Shown here one piece after another: positions 50,798 to 62,590 of a DNA stretch of 64,000 bases. Both the position numbers and the translations under genes were made by a program. Position 1 is the first letter of the stretch. The number at the start of each line of letters is the position of its first letter. The notes under the pieces were generated by a model. The model ran no database searches. It was not told where the DNA came from and was given only the letters and a program-made list of their open reading frames with translations. Source of the stretch: Octopus bimaculoides (Eukaryota). Location of the stretch: NCBI RefSeq assembly GCF_001194135.2, contig NC_068984.1, forward strand, positions 28,149,978 through 28,213,977, given 5' to 3'.

Positions 50798-53102
50798 TAG
50801 GAGTGGGTAGCCACAGCAAGACACACATCAGGCATTCCATTCATTTCCCAGCTCAGATAGACAGACACTCCAATCGAAAGATGAAGAGATAATATTTTGT
50901 TTGGCTATCAGATATTATATTAAACAATTATAGTTTATGTTAATAGATTCCTGATTCAAAGCACTATATACAATTAATTAGGAAAGAAAAGAGAAAAAAA
51001 AAACAGAACTTAAAACTAAAACGTTGAATATTGCACGTAAACATTTAGGTACTAACATCAATCAGACAGACAAAAAATATAGTATTATTAAATTTAACTA
51101 CTTTGTACAACATGCCTGTTATTAAAAAAGCAGTAAAATAAAAGATTAGATGAAAAAGAAGTATTAAATATTGATCCTGTAAAGAAAAAAGAGATGGTTT
51201 GATAAAGCAAAAAACGTTAAATAAATCTTGTACAAGTGGGTACTGTTTAGTTCTTCTTCCTTAGTATATGATTTGATCATTATCTACTTGGTGTTTTATT
51301 TCTTATTGCCTAGTTTTGATAGACGTAGTAATTTGAGCTAATTACCACTGATTATTAAATTTTTGACTGTGAGGAGTTTCCCCGAGTGGCTGTGTGGTTA
51401 AGAAGCAGGCTTCAGGATAATGTTATTTTTGGTTTGATATCACTTGTATAGAACCTTAGCCAAGAGACTTTTACCATAACCTTGAAATGGCAAATAACTT
51501 GTGAATGGAATTTGTAGACAAGAGACTCTGCAAAAGCCTGTTGCGTGTATAACTTGTGTAAAATTGTGTGATTGTGTAAAACAGAGTGTGAGATAGAATG
51601 CCTTCCATCAATTGTTCTGATGCTCTGTGCTCTGAGTTCAAATCCTAACAACTGAAAAGAATTTTCCTCCTCCTCTTCCTATCATCATCATCATCATCAT
51701 CGTCACCATCCTCCTCCTCTCCTCTCGCTTCTTCTTCTTTTTCTTCTTCTTCTCCTTCTTCCTCCTCCTTCATCTTTTACCACCATCCCACACCACCGCT
51801 GCCACATTGCCTACCACCATCTCCACCACTACTAGAACCATCCCCAACACCACCGTTTTTTGCAATTTCAGTATTGGTAAAAATGTACCAATCCAGGTGG
51901 CAGACAGGTGGAACTGTAATAAAAACATCAGATGACTGGATACCTTGTGGTATTTGTTCTGGCTCAGTGTTCTGAGTTCATATCCCACCATGGTCTACTG
52001 AGACAGCAGACTTGATCTGCAGCCTATTTAAAACCAGCACCAGGCATCTGGGATGCCTTTAGCAGAGTACACCCTGTTGCAAGCATTTGTACAGGGTCTA
52101 TGGTTTCAGAGTACCTTCCCCCTTGCTCCTTACCAATCCTAGAAGTTCTGTAAAGAGTCATGTGCATAGAATTCTTTCTGGGCTCTGCAGTTTGATATAC
52201 AAAATAATATTTTAAATGGAAAAGACAACCATTACATAAAACATCATTCCTTCATAAATTTAAGTGTGTAATTACATAATTGTTATATATTTTGCAATTC
52301 TTTTGTTATATCAAACCATGGTTTTATTCTATCATTATTTCTTTGCAATTCAGAAGTTATTTGAACAAGTTCATTTGATATAACAGGAAATGACAGACTG
52401 GCTACTTAAAGTTTGAACTTAGATTTTATCTTAGTAGATATGTAATCAGATCTGAAATTGAAAACATCAATCACTGTGCCTAATTTCAGCATCATTTCAA
52501 TTGAACCTCTACACAAAATTTGAAACTTTAGCAAAATGGCCGACACACTGAATATGAACTATCAAAGTAAAATATTACACAATAAGAAATAAAGTAGTGA
52601 AAAAACGTTAAAGCAAGAAGATGTGTCTTTTGGCAAATGTGAAAGAAGAGAAGATAACACATTCTTTGTGACAAGTCAAAGTATATTTTTCATTTTTTTT
52701 TTTTTTTTTCACTTTCTTTGCACCTTGAAGTAAAAGAAATTTTCTTTTCTTCCAGACAGAATGGATGTTACCTACTGTAATATTTTTAAAGTGGGGTTAA
52801 AGTTTATTAGATATTCGTGAGTTATAATCTAGGATTAATGTTTCAGATTTAGAAGAGGAGAAATGTTTAAATTCAAACATGAAACTGACTTTAAGATTCT
52901 ATTTATATATAAAATATAAAGGATAAAGGTTACCTGTTAGGTTGTTGGAACAGAGTGTGAAGTTTATGAAAATAGTGGAAATGATGCTACATTTTCGTTA
53001 ACTACTTCTATTAGAATGATTGGACATAAGTAACATTATAAACTTCATGACTTATGTGTATGTATGTATATATGTATGCATGTACTTATGTATGTATGTG
53101 TG

Positions 53103-53650
53103 TCATTATTCAGTTTATTTCAAGATTTCTTGCCAAGATCCAAGGTTCCTTCATTGGAATTTCAACATCAACAACAGGATATTTTTGTATGTATGTATGT
53201 ATGTATGTATGTATGTATGTATATCATTATTCAGTTTATTTCAAGATTTCTTGCCAATAGAGAAAGAACCGGTTTCTAACTTAGATCCAAGGTTCCTTCA
53301 CTGGAATTTCAACACCAACAACAGGGTTTTTTTGTTTGTATGTATGTATGTATGTATGTATGTATGTGCAGATTTGTATGTATGTGCAGATCTGTATGTT
53401 CTTTGTATGTATTCTCATGCATATAGTTGCATATCTAGACAAGCTCATATATATTTAAATGATAAACTTCTGGAAAGTTTTACAGATTTTTACAGTTCCA
53501 GTGATGGCTTGGCTCTGTAGTCTTCAAATTAGCTTTCTCCTTTCTGGTTTTGAGAAGCCTAATTTCTAAAGATTGGTATTTAGGCAGTGTGTTACATATC
53601 CCAGAGCCCCAATAATTACAGGTATTAACTGCAGATTTCTCAATAGTTCA
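53103..53650 (-). mobile_element. RLE-type LINE 3' end (clade unresolved, R4-like by resemblance) with a duplicated terminal segment between (TACA)n arrays
   Basis: LIPVIIGALGYVTHCLNTNL*KLG..RLQSQAITGTVKICKTFQKFII* (stop at 53455-53457). Terminal segment occurs at 53223-53335 and again at 53103-53185. Confidence 0.7.
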
Positions 53651-53870
53651 GCGTAGGTGTTCTCTGTATCTATGTATGTGTGTATATATTTTTGTATTTA
53701 TGCTTGTATGTATATTTATGCATGTGTGTATGATGTATCTGCGTATGTATGTGTGTATATATGTATTTTTGCATATACGTATGTATGTGCATTTGTTTGT
53801 ATGTATTTATGTGGGTGTGTGCATGTGTGTGTATGTGTGTGTGTTTGTGTGTGTGTGTGTATTAAGTGTG

Positions 53871-54073
53871 TATCTTTTATCTTATACTTGTTGCAGTCAT
53901 TAGATTGTGGCCATGCTGGGGTACTGCCTTGAAGAATTTCAGTCAAACACATTAACTCCAGTACTTTCATTGTTTAAGGCTAGTATTTATTCTATCAATC
54001 TCTTTTGCTGAACCACTAAGTTATGGGGATGTAACCTCCACGGTACCAGTTGTTGAGTGATGGTGGTGGAGAA

Positions 54074-54075
<2 letters not shown>
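53871..54075 (-). mobile_element. Diverged SINE family B 3' half
   Basis: GCAGTCATTAGATTGTGGCCATGCTGGGG..TTTTGCTGAACCACTAAGTTATGGGGA. Confidence 0.7.
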
Positions 54076-54128
<53 letters not shown>

Positions 54129-54351
54129 AATATGAATGTATGTATGTATGTATGTGCCCCAGATTACTAACTATAACTATGGAAATAATGGTTTCTGAGT
54201 TTTAGTTCATTCTGTGTTGTTAAAAAGTTTACCACCCAACCATATTTTGGGGATCAGTACCGCAGTGCCTTCTACTATAGCTTGGGCTGAACAATGCCAT
54301 GTGGGTGAATTTGGAAGACAAAAAATGAACGCTCCTCACACACACACACAA

Positions 54352-54391
<40 letters not shown>

Positions 54392-55026
54392 TTAAGGAAT
54401 GGAGAAAACGTATGTTATAATTGCATACTTTATTCCTACATATGTTTCAAAGGATTACAAGCTTTGTGATCCATAGGGATCTGTGATATTAAAATTGTAA
54501 CCTTCTCATCAGGGAAAGCATGGGAATCATCTTAAACGTAAGAATTTTTTATTNNNNNNNNNNNNNNNNNNNNNNNNNNNNNNNNNNNNNNNNNNNNNNN
54601 NNNNNNNNNNNNNNNNNNNNNNNNNNNNNNNNNNNNNNNNNNNNNNNNNNNNNNNNNNNNNNNNNNNNNNNNNNNNNNNNNNNNNNNNNNNNNNNNNNNN
54701 NNNNNNNNNNNNNNNNNNNNNNNNNNNNNNNNNNNNNNNNNNNNNNNNNNNNNNNNNNNNNNNNNNNNNNNNNNNNNNNNNNNNNNNNNNNNNNNNNNNN
54801 NNNNNNNNNNNNNNNNNNNNNNNNNNNNNNNNNNNNNNNNNNNNNNNNNNNNNNNNNNNNNNNNNNNNNNNNNNNNNNNNNNNNNNNNNNNNNNNNNNNN
54901 NNNNNNNNNNNNNNNNNNNNNNNNNNNNNNNNNNNNNNNNNNNNNNNNNNNNNNNNNNNNNNNNNNNNNNNNNNNNNNNNNNNNNNNNNNNNNNNNNNNN
55001 NNNNNNNNNNNNNNNNNNNNNNNNNN

Positions 55027-55059
<33 letters not shown>

Positions 55060-55698
55060 TCTCTCTCTCTCTCTCTTTTTTCTCTCTTATCTTGTCTCCA
55101 AATCTTTTCCTCTCCTCTTCACAGTTTTCTGTCTGTCACTCTCTCTCCCTCACTCTTCCTTCTTTGGTCACGTGGCCCCCACGTGACCACTGGCTATTCT
55201 CCTAACTTGTGTTTCTTTCTTCCTTCCTGTTTCAGCTCGACAGGGAAGACATATTGCTCCCTGTCTCCTGTCCAGGCTTGTTTCTTTGCGTTCGCCACTA
55301 CAACCTCGTTTAGGCTTACCAGCCCTTCCTGTTTGTTTTCACTGTCCTGTTTTTTGTCACCATCTTGACCCTCTGCAAGATCAAAATTTTATTTAATTTG
55401 CTTTGCAGGAGCAACTGTTTTATTGAAGGTGTATCTTGTCATGAATTTCTTGAAATACAGACTAGAAAAACAGCTAACAACTGATGAAGGGTCGTTCCTT
55501 GTGTTACTTGTCTTGTTTTCCATTTGTTTCTTTCATTGCTTGCAAAAAAAATCCTTATTCCATGTCCTCGTACTTTGTATTATTTGTTGTTTATGTTTTG
55601 TGACATCCTGTGCCTACATATGCATATGTATATACTTAAACATGTAAGTATGTACGTATATATATGTATATATGCATATATAAATGTATTATTTATAT

Positions 55699-55746
<48 letters not shown>

Positions 55747-55799
55747 TTCTCTAAGGCTTTTAAAATGTCCCTATACTAGAAATAGTAATAATGATTTAA

Positions 55800-56120
55800 T
55801 AGCCTTGAGCAACACAATGATATCTACTTCAATATTCCTGGAGGTTATGGACATGGTATGAGAAATGAAGAGGAAACAAAACTCTTGAAGTTTTGAGATG
55901 GAAGTACCCTAACCGATTGCAGTATTATCTTCAGTAAACCAGCCAGTCTATTGATCACATACCAATCAGGTGAAGGTGCAAACGTGATAGACTGCATATT
56001 CATCAGGAAGAGTATTGGAAACTGTTTGTAAGAACTTGGTATTTCTTCAATGAAGAATTTATTAGAACATAGACTAGTGATCAGCAATTTCAGGTTAATT
56101 GCTAGACAGATTAAAATGAC
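55800..56120 (+). mobile_element. RTE LINE AP-endonuclease C-terminal fragment, decayed
   Basis: GGYGHGMRNEEETKLLKF*..FSKPASLLITYQSG..IDCIFIRK..EHRLVISNFRL. Confidence 0.8.
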
Positions 56121-57042
56121 ATGTGACAACCTGGTAAAGAAAATATGGAAGAAGAAAACCCCCAGGTTGGAACTGAATTTAAAGAAGTACTGGTGCTTAT
56201 GTATGGTGAGAATAAGAGGATAATTTGTATGGGACCAAACTACTGTCTGTCACAGACTTATATTTTGTGAATAAAATTTGATAGAGACCAATTGCAAAGA
56301 AACCTGTCATTTATATGTATGCAAGGATGTATGTATAAGATTATTCAGAATGTGAAACTAAGAAACTATAATGGCTCTGCCAAAGCCATTTGTTCTCACC
56401 CATCTGGATTATTACTTTAAAATATGCTCACCATAGCATTAAATCAATGGTAGATTTTGAAGCAATCTAATACTGCTAAAATAAGAAGATGCAACAAGGA
56501 TACTAAGAGAGGTTGAATGAATTATGGTTCTGGTTCCTGAAGTGAAGAGAGGAAAAATCTGCAGAAGAGAGGGAAAATCTATAGAAGATTTTGAAAGGTC
56601 TACTAAACAAACTTTGGAGTTATGAGCTATAGTAATATCTGAACTAGACATCACAGCATAGTGACAAAAGTCCCACACATGCTATCTAGAGTTAAAACTA
56701 AACACTACTATAGGTTAGGGGTTAAAAGCTCATTGGTTTTTTACTATAGTACCAAAGAACTAAGGATGCTATATAAAGTAATAAAGATCTAAAGGTATTA
56801 AAAAGAAAACCCAGACGTTTTACTGTCTCAAATATGGATGAACTTATGTTGTGGCAAGAAACAAACACGAAGGAAGCAATATCAAACTTCGTCATTCACC
56901 AAACATCAACAACACAGAAGGAATGGGTGCAGCAACAATAATGTCAGAGTCTTGGCATACCTGCATCCCTCCATTTGGAACTAGTAAAAGAGCTGCATAT
57001 GCTTATCAAGACAGACAGACAGACAAACAAATAGATAGATAA

Positions 57043-57085
<43 letters not shown>

Positions 57086-57527
57086 CATACATACATACAT
57101 ACATACATACATACATAAATACATACATGCATACATATGCATATACAAATATATATATATACATATATATGTATNNNNNNNNNNNNNNNNNNNNNNNNNN
57201 NNNNNNNNNNNNNNNNNNNNNNNNNNNNNNNNNNNNNNNNNNNNNNNNNNNNNNNNNNNNNNNNNNNNNNNNNNNNNNNNNNNNNNNNNNNNNNNNNNNN
57301 NNNNNNNNNNNNNNNNNNNNNNNNNNNNNNNNNNNNNNNNNNNNNNNNNNNNNNNNNNNNNNNNNNNNNNNNNNNNNNNNNNNNNNNNNNNNNNNNNNNN
57401 NNNNNNNNNNNNNNNNNNNNNNNNNNNNNNNNNNNNNNNNNNNNNNNNNNNNNNNNNNNNNNNNNNNNNNNNNNNNNNNNNNNNNNNNNNNNNNNNNNNN
57501 NNNNNNNNNNNNNNNNNNNNNNNNNNN

Positions 57528-57558
<31 letters not shown>

Positions 57559-57632
57559 CATATACATATATGAACAGTTATTTATGCCTTTATAAGCATA
57601 TATAAAAATACATGTGATGATCATGATAAGAT

Positions 57633-57671
<39 letters not shown>

Positions 57672-58051
57672 TATGTATGTATCTGTGTTTGAACAATATG
57701 TTGAACAATGCATTGAACAATACATATAAACATACCAAGGGACAACACTGTGTTTCACAGTTCTACTCTGCTCCTCTTCAGGCCTCCTATTTCTGCTTGC
57801 TTTCATTCATTTTCTTTCAATTTTCTTTTCTCTTTTTATTTATTTTTTTATTTTATTTATTATTCATTTTTTTTTCCAGTTTCAGCTTGTGCACAAAGAG
57901 ACAAGAGGCCTAAAAAGCAGTATGAGACTGTAAAATTCATAGTAGTCTTTGCAGTGTGTTCACTTGTATTGCTTAATGTATACAAATACATTATTCAACA
58001 TCTATATTATATACTATAATTTTGATATTTTTATTATGTTTCTCTCTCTAT

Positions 58052-58131
<80 letters not shown>

Positions 58132-58250
58132 ACACACACACACATACACACACACATACATTAATGTTTATTTTTATGTTGAGTCATAATAAGAACAATT
58201 TTATATTAAACTGCAAGATTGTTCAATACTCTCTATAAAGTACATACTTT

Positions 58251-58429
58251 TTCGTTTACATCTTTTAGTCATTTGACTGTGGCCATGCTGAAGTACTGCC
58301 TTGAAGAGTTTTAGTCTAAGACTTATTCTTTGTAATCCTTGTACTTATTCTATTTGGTACCATGCAGTGGGATTGAACCCAAAACCATGTGGTAAGGAAG
58401 CAAACGTCTTACCTCACAGTCACGCCTAC
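58251..58429 (-). mobile_element. SINE family B with a large internal deletion (head fused to 3' end)
   Basis: The 3' segment ..GTACTTATTCTATTT is directly followed by GGTACCATGCAGTGGGATTGAACCC.. (head). Confidence 0.7.
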
Positions 58430-58714
58430 AGATACTTATCACTTTTTCCACAAGAATAGTGTTGACAGCAACTTCAAACTTTCAACCTTCTTAACCTTCA
58501 TTGAACAGTCTAATGAAGGCTAAACAGGGTGAAACCTTGAATTCACTGTCAGTACTATTCTTGCTAAAGAATAATACACACACACACACATACACATACA
58601 CATGTGCACGCACACACGCACACACACACAGAGAAATAGAGTCACACGCGTGCATATGAACNNNNNNNNNNNNNNNNNNNNNNNNNNNNNNNACACATAC
58701 ACATGTGCACGCAC

Positions 58715-58765
<51 letters not shown>

Positions 58766-58969
58766 AGGTTATGAAGGGTATTAGATTCAACCAAACCCAA
58801 AGATACAGGTAATACCAAGTAAGTGCTGTATACCGTCTAGTTTTGCCCCTTTCGTTGTATAAACATGAGTGGGGAATATAACATAAGTCGTGTATTAGCA
58901 TGTGTATGTATAAAGAGAGAAAAGGATAAAGAGACCAATGGCAAAGTTAGAAATATATTTTATGGATAG

Positions 58970-59020
58970 AGTCTTACAGCTGTTTCAGGGAAAATCCAAT
59001 GTATCCCTTCATCGGAGACT
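58970..59020 (-). ncRNA. Minimal type I hammerhead ribozyme candidate (Penelope-associated type)
   Basis: RNA: AGUCU-CCGAUGA-AGGGA(12 nt)UCCCU-GAAA-CAGCUG-UA-AGACU. Perfect 5-bp stems I and II, palindromic stem III, GUA triplet; U4 is C. Confidence 0.75.
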
Positions 59021-59139
59021 GTAATATGTGAGGTTGATGGACCCTCCTGTCAAAGACAATGTATGAGTGTTCGGCTTTTGCTGAAGGACCTGCAGAAATG
59101 ATTTGTTTTGTAGTAATCAAATCTATGTGCCAAACATTA

Positions 59140-59340
59140 GCTCAGTCCCTCCATCGAATCAACACTGCCTGAACAGATGCACAGTGTATCACACATCAAG
59201 TGTCAAAGTGATTGCAGACTAATGTGAAACCATGTGTTTTGCTTAAGAACATAAAAACACAATACATCACCTGGTCTAGAAACTGAAACCACAATTTCGT
59301 GATCGAGAATGCAACACCCTAATCACCAGATCATGCATCT
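59140..59340 (-). mobile_element. Highly diverged family C-like SINE
   Basis: Reverse complement ATGCATGATCTGGTGATTAGGGTGTTGCATTCTCGATCACG..TGTTCTTAAGCAAAACAC. Confidence 0.5.
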
Positions 59341-59744
59341 TATACATTTACACATACACACATACACACATACATATATGATGATGATGACGATATACAC
59401 ACACACACATATGTGCAGATGTATGTATGTAGTGTAGACAAGATTCAGTGAGAGTCATATACTACAATTTATATATCTGAGAAGAAGACAATATTTTATA
59501 TATAATCTTAAAGTGTCAATGATAAGAGATGCAATAACAGTAGATTGCTCAGACGGTTCTCTGCACAAAATAATATTTCAGAAAGTAAACAACCTAAAAT
59601 AAAATTGTTCTATAAACATTAAGGTAGAAAAAAGAAATGAATTATAATGGCAGGACATGCTGAGCACAAATTGGAGAATAATAAAATATTTCATGTTAGA
59701 TAAAACAGTTGTAGATTTTCCAGAGTATCTCAAGATGAGATAAT

Positions 59745-59790
<46 letters not shown>

Positions 59791-59837
59791 AGAGAGAGAG
59801 GGGAAGGAGGGAAGTTAATGTCTAAGAATTATATATA

Positions 59838-60528
59838 GGTGCAGGAGTGGCTGTGTGGTAAGTAGCCTGCTTACCAACCACATGGTTCCGGGTTCAGTCG
59901 CACTGCGTGGCNNNNNNNNNNNNNNNNNNNNNNNNNNNNNNNNNNNNNNNNNNNNNNNNNNNNNNNNNNNNNNNNNNNNNNNNNNNNNNNNNNNNNNNNN
60001 NNNNNNNNNNNNNNNNNNNNNNNNNNNNNNNNNNNNNNNNNNNNNNNNNNNNNNNNNNNNNNNNNNNNNNNNNNNNNNNNNNNNNNNNNNNNNNNNNNNN
60101 NNNNNNNNNNNNNNNNNNNNNNNNNNNNNNNNNNNNNNNNNNNNNNNNNNNNNNNNNNNNNNNNNNNNNNNNNNNNNNNNNNNNNNNNNNNNNNNNNNNN
60201 NNNNNNNNNNNNNNNNNNNNNNNNNNNNNNNNNNNNNNNNNNNNNNNTGAAAGAAGCCTGTCGTATATATGTATATGTATATATATATGTGTGTTTGTAT
60301 GTCTGTGTTTGTCTCCCCAACATCACTTGACAACCGATGCTGGTGTGTTTACGTCCCCATAACTTTGCGGTTCAGCAAAAGGGACCGATAGAATAAGTAC
60401 TAGGCTTACAAAGAATAAGTCCTGGGGTCGATTTTCTCAACTAAAGGCGGTGCTCCAGCATGGCCACAGTCAAATGACTGAAACAAGTAAAAGAGTAAAA
60501 GAGTAAAAGAGTAAAAGAGTAAAAGAGT
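59838..60528 (+). mobile_element. Young full-length SINE family B spanning an N gap, with a (GAGTAAAA)-type tail
   Basis: GGTGCAGGAGTGGCTGTGTGGTAAGTAGC.. to ..CAAATGACTGAAACAAGTAAAAGAGTAAAAGAG. Confidence 0.88.
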
Positions 60529-61289
60529 ATATGCATATATACACACACATACCATCTTTGGTTTAACTTCCCATTGCACCCTGTATGGATGTCTGTATCC
60601 ATGTATGTATGTTATGTATGTATGTGTGTGTGTATGTATGTATGTATACATGCATGTGTGTGTGTATGCTAGGGAGAAGTTTTAGAGAGGCAGGGTTGTG
60701 TTTTATTGTAGAATTTGTTAGTTGGTTTGTCAAGTTGCTTGAATTACTTACAAATTACATAGAAATGTAAAGAATGCAAGAGAAAGCAAATAGAATGGGA
60801 GTCTTAGTGATAGCTTCCAAGTAGAGAGAATAAAAACTCTATGTTTGTAGTGTCAAAAGTCAATGAATTAGGATAGTTATCAGGAAAGGATGTGAAGAAA
60901 AAGTAGAGGGAGAGGAAAGGGTGAAAGAATGGAGTGTTGATGAAGTAAATAAAAACAAACAAGGAGAAATAATATAGCAAAATAAATAAATAAATTAGCA
61001 AAAATAACAGAGCTGAAGTTAGTTGTTGCCAGTTGCATCATCACTGTCATTCAATGAGCCATTAGACTGAAAATAGCTACATGTAAAGGAATAAGTAAAT
61101 GAAGAAAGGTAATTAAATCCATAAGTATATCAATTAAGAAAATTCCTGAACTCTCATTTATTCATGTAGTTGTTGCTATCATTATGATGATGATCATCAT
61201 TCAAGTGTTGTACTATCAGACCAATAATCTTTCTATACTTAAAACAGGTTTATGTAACAAATGCTCACATTTTAATAAAGGCAAGTAAC

Positions 61290-61920
61290 TTTATTAATAT
61301 TATTATTATTATGTAATGCTTGCTAATTTAGTTATCAGGCATTTTATCTTGGAGTTTGTTGACAACAAGTCTCCTCAAATCTCAAGAATTTTCCTTAGGA
61401 TTCCTGTAGAATATTGGCTGGTTCTTTTCTGCAGGTTGACAATGTGAGTCTCAGTTCCAATCTCATTCAGTCATTTACGTAGTGTTTTTGGTGTTGTGCC
61501 AAGTGCACCAATTGCTAGAGGAATATTTGATTACTTGGTCTTCCACAGTCTTCTCAGTTCTGTGGCTAGATCCTGATATTTTTCAATTTTCCCATTTCTT
61601 TAGTATTGACTCTGTTATCATAGGGAATTGTAAAATCTCTCATCTTAGACTGTTTATTTTATCGTCTATGATCATATCCAATTATCTTGTATTGATTGTA
61701 TGATCAGACTTTATGGGGAATTCTCACAAGCTCTTGTAATTTTCAATTTCTGTCACAGCTTCTAGTTCGTATTCATGCCAGTTTTCTATGGTTTTGAAGC
61801 CATAGAAACATCCTGATGAACTCTTTTGTCTGGCAAACATCCCAATGAACTCTTTAGTCTATGCAGTCATGTCTGTGTTTATACTCCTTTTGTGCTAGTA
61901 CACTACACTCACTCAAAAAG
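61290..61920 (-). mobile_element. R4/Dong-clade LINE 3' end: zinc-knuckle to RLE region, ending in (TAA)n
   Basis: SECSVLAQKEYKHRHD..VHWDVC..DFTIPYDNRVNTKE..KIEKYQDLATELRRLWK..AIGALGTTPK..LQK..GILRKILEI*; TAA run at about 61296-61311. Confidence 0.85.
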
Positions 61921-62284
61921 TGATTGAAACTTTTATTTCTTTTCCTAAAAATTCTATATTTGCTGCCTGACTTGGTTTTGTTGATCTTTGCCTTTATGAA
62001 GTTTGTTCTAAGAGCTTGTTCCTATAATAAGCATTTCTGACTCTCATTTCAAGTTCCTGTTTACCAAGCAGAACCAGCGATCTTTACTTCTGATATTCTC
62101 AGTTTGTTGCGTGAATTGTCCATGTATTTCTATTTCTTTTGGTGAACAGAGATCCACTTGATGTGGACTTGACAGTATACATACACACATGCAAATATAC
62201 ATACATACATACATACATACATACATACATGTGATGATGACGACAATGAATGGAATTTCTTTTGCAATTTTACTCTGGATTCAG

Positions 62285-62590
62285 ATATAAGAACTCATTT
62301 GGTCTTAAACTTTTCTGCTATTGGTAGGAGAACTATCATAGAGAGAAGGACTGAGCCCATTTATAATACACACCTCCATACTCAGTTTATCAATATATGC
62401 ATTAGTATATCTCATTTTGCTGACTAATGTGCTGCACATAGCTCATATACCTCTCGCAAGGCTTTTTTCCACCCAATCTCCCTCAGTGACCACCAGATCA
62501 ATAGAGTAAGAAACCTTGTCAAGGGCTTTTCTCAAAATCAACATGCCTGCAATAGGGCCTCATTCTTGGCAAGATACTTCATCTGCAACT
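62285..62590 (-). mobile_element. Decayed RTE RT fragment
   Basis: QLQMKYLAKN..VDFEK..LDKV..IAEKFKT (cf. QLQEKYLAKNKPLYLAFVDLEKAFDRV..ITEEFKT). Confidence 0.7.

Noticed and set aside
55452-55507. CTGATGAAGGG..CCTT hammerhead-like half
   Set aside because: No GAAA follows the stem, and a type II permutation using the upstream GAAA gives a mismatched stem III.
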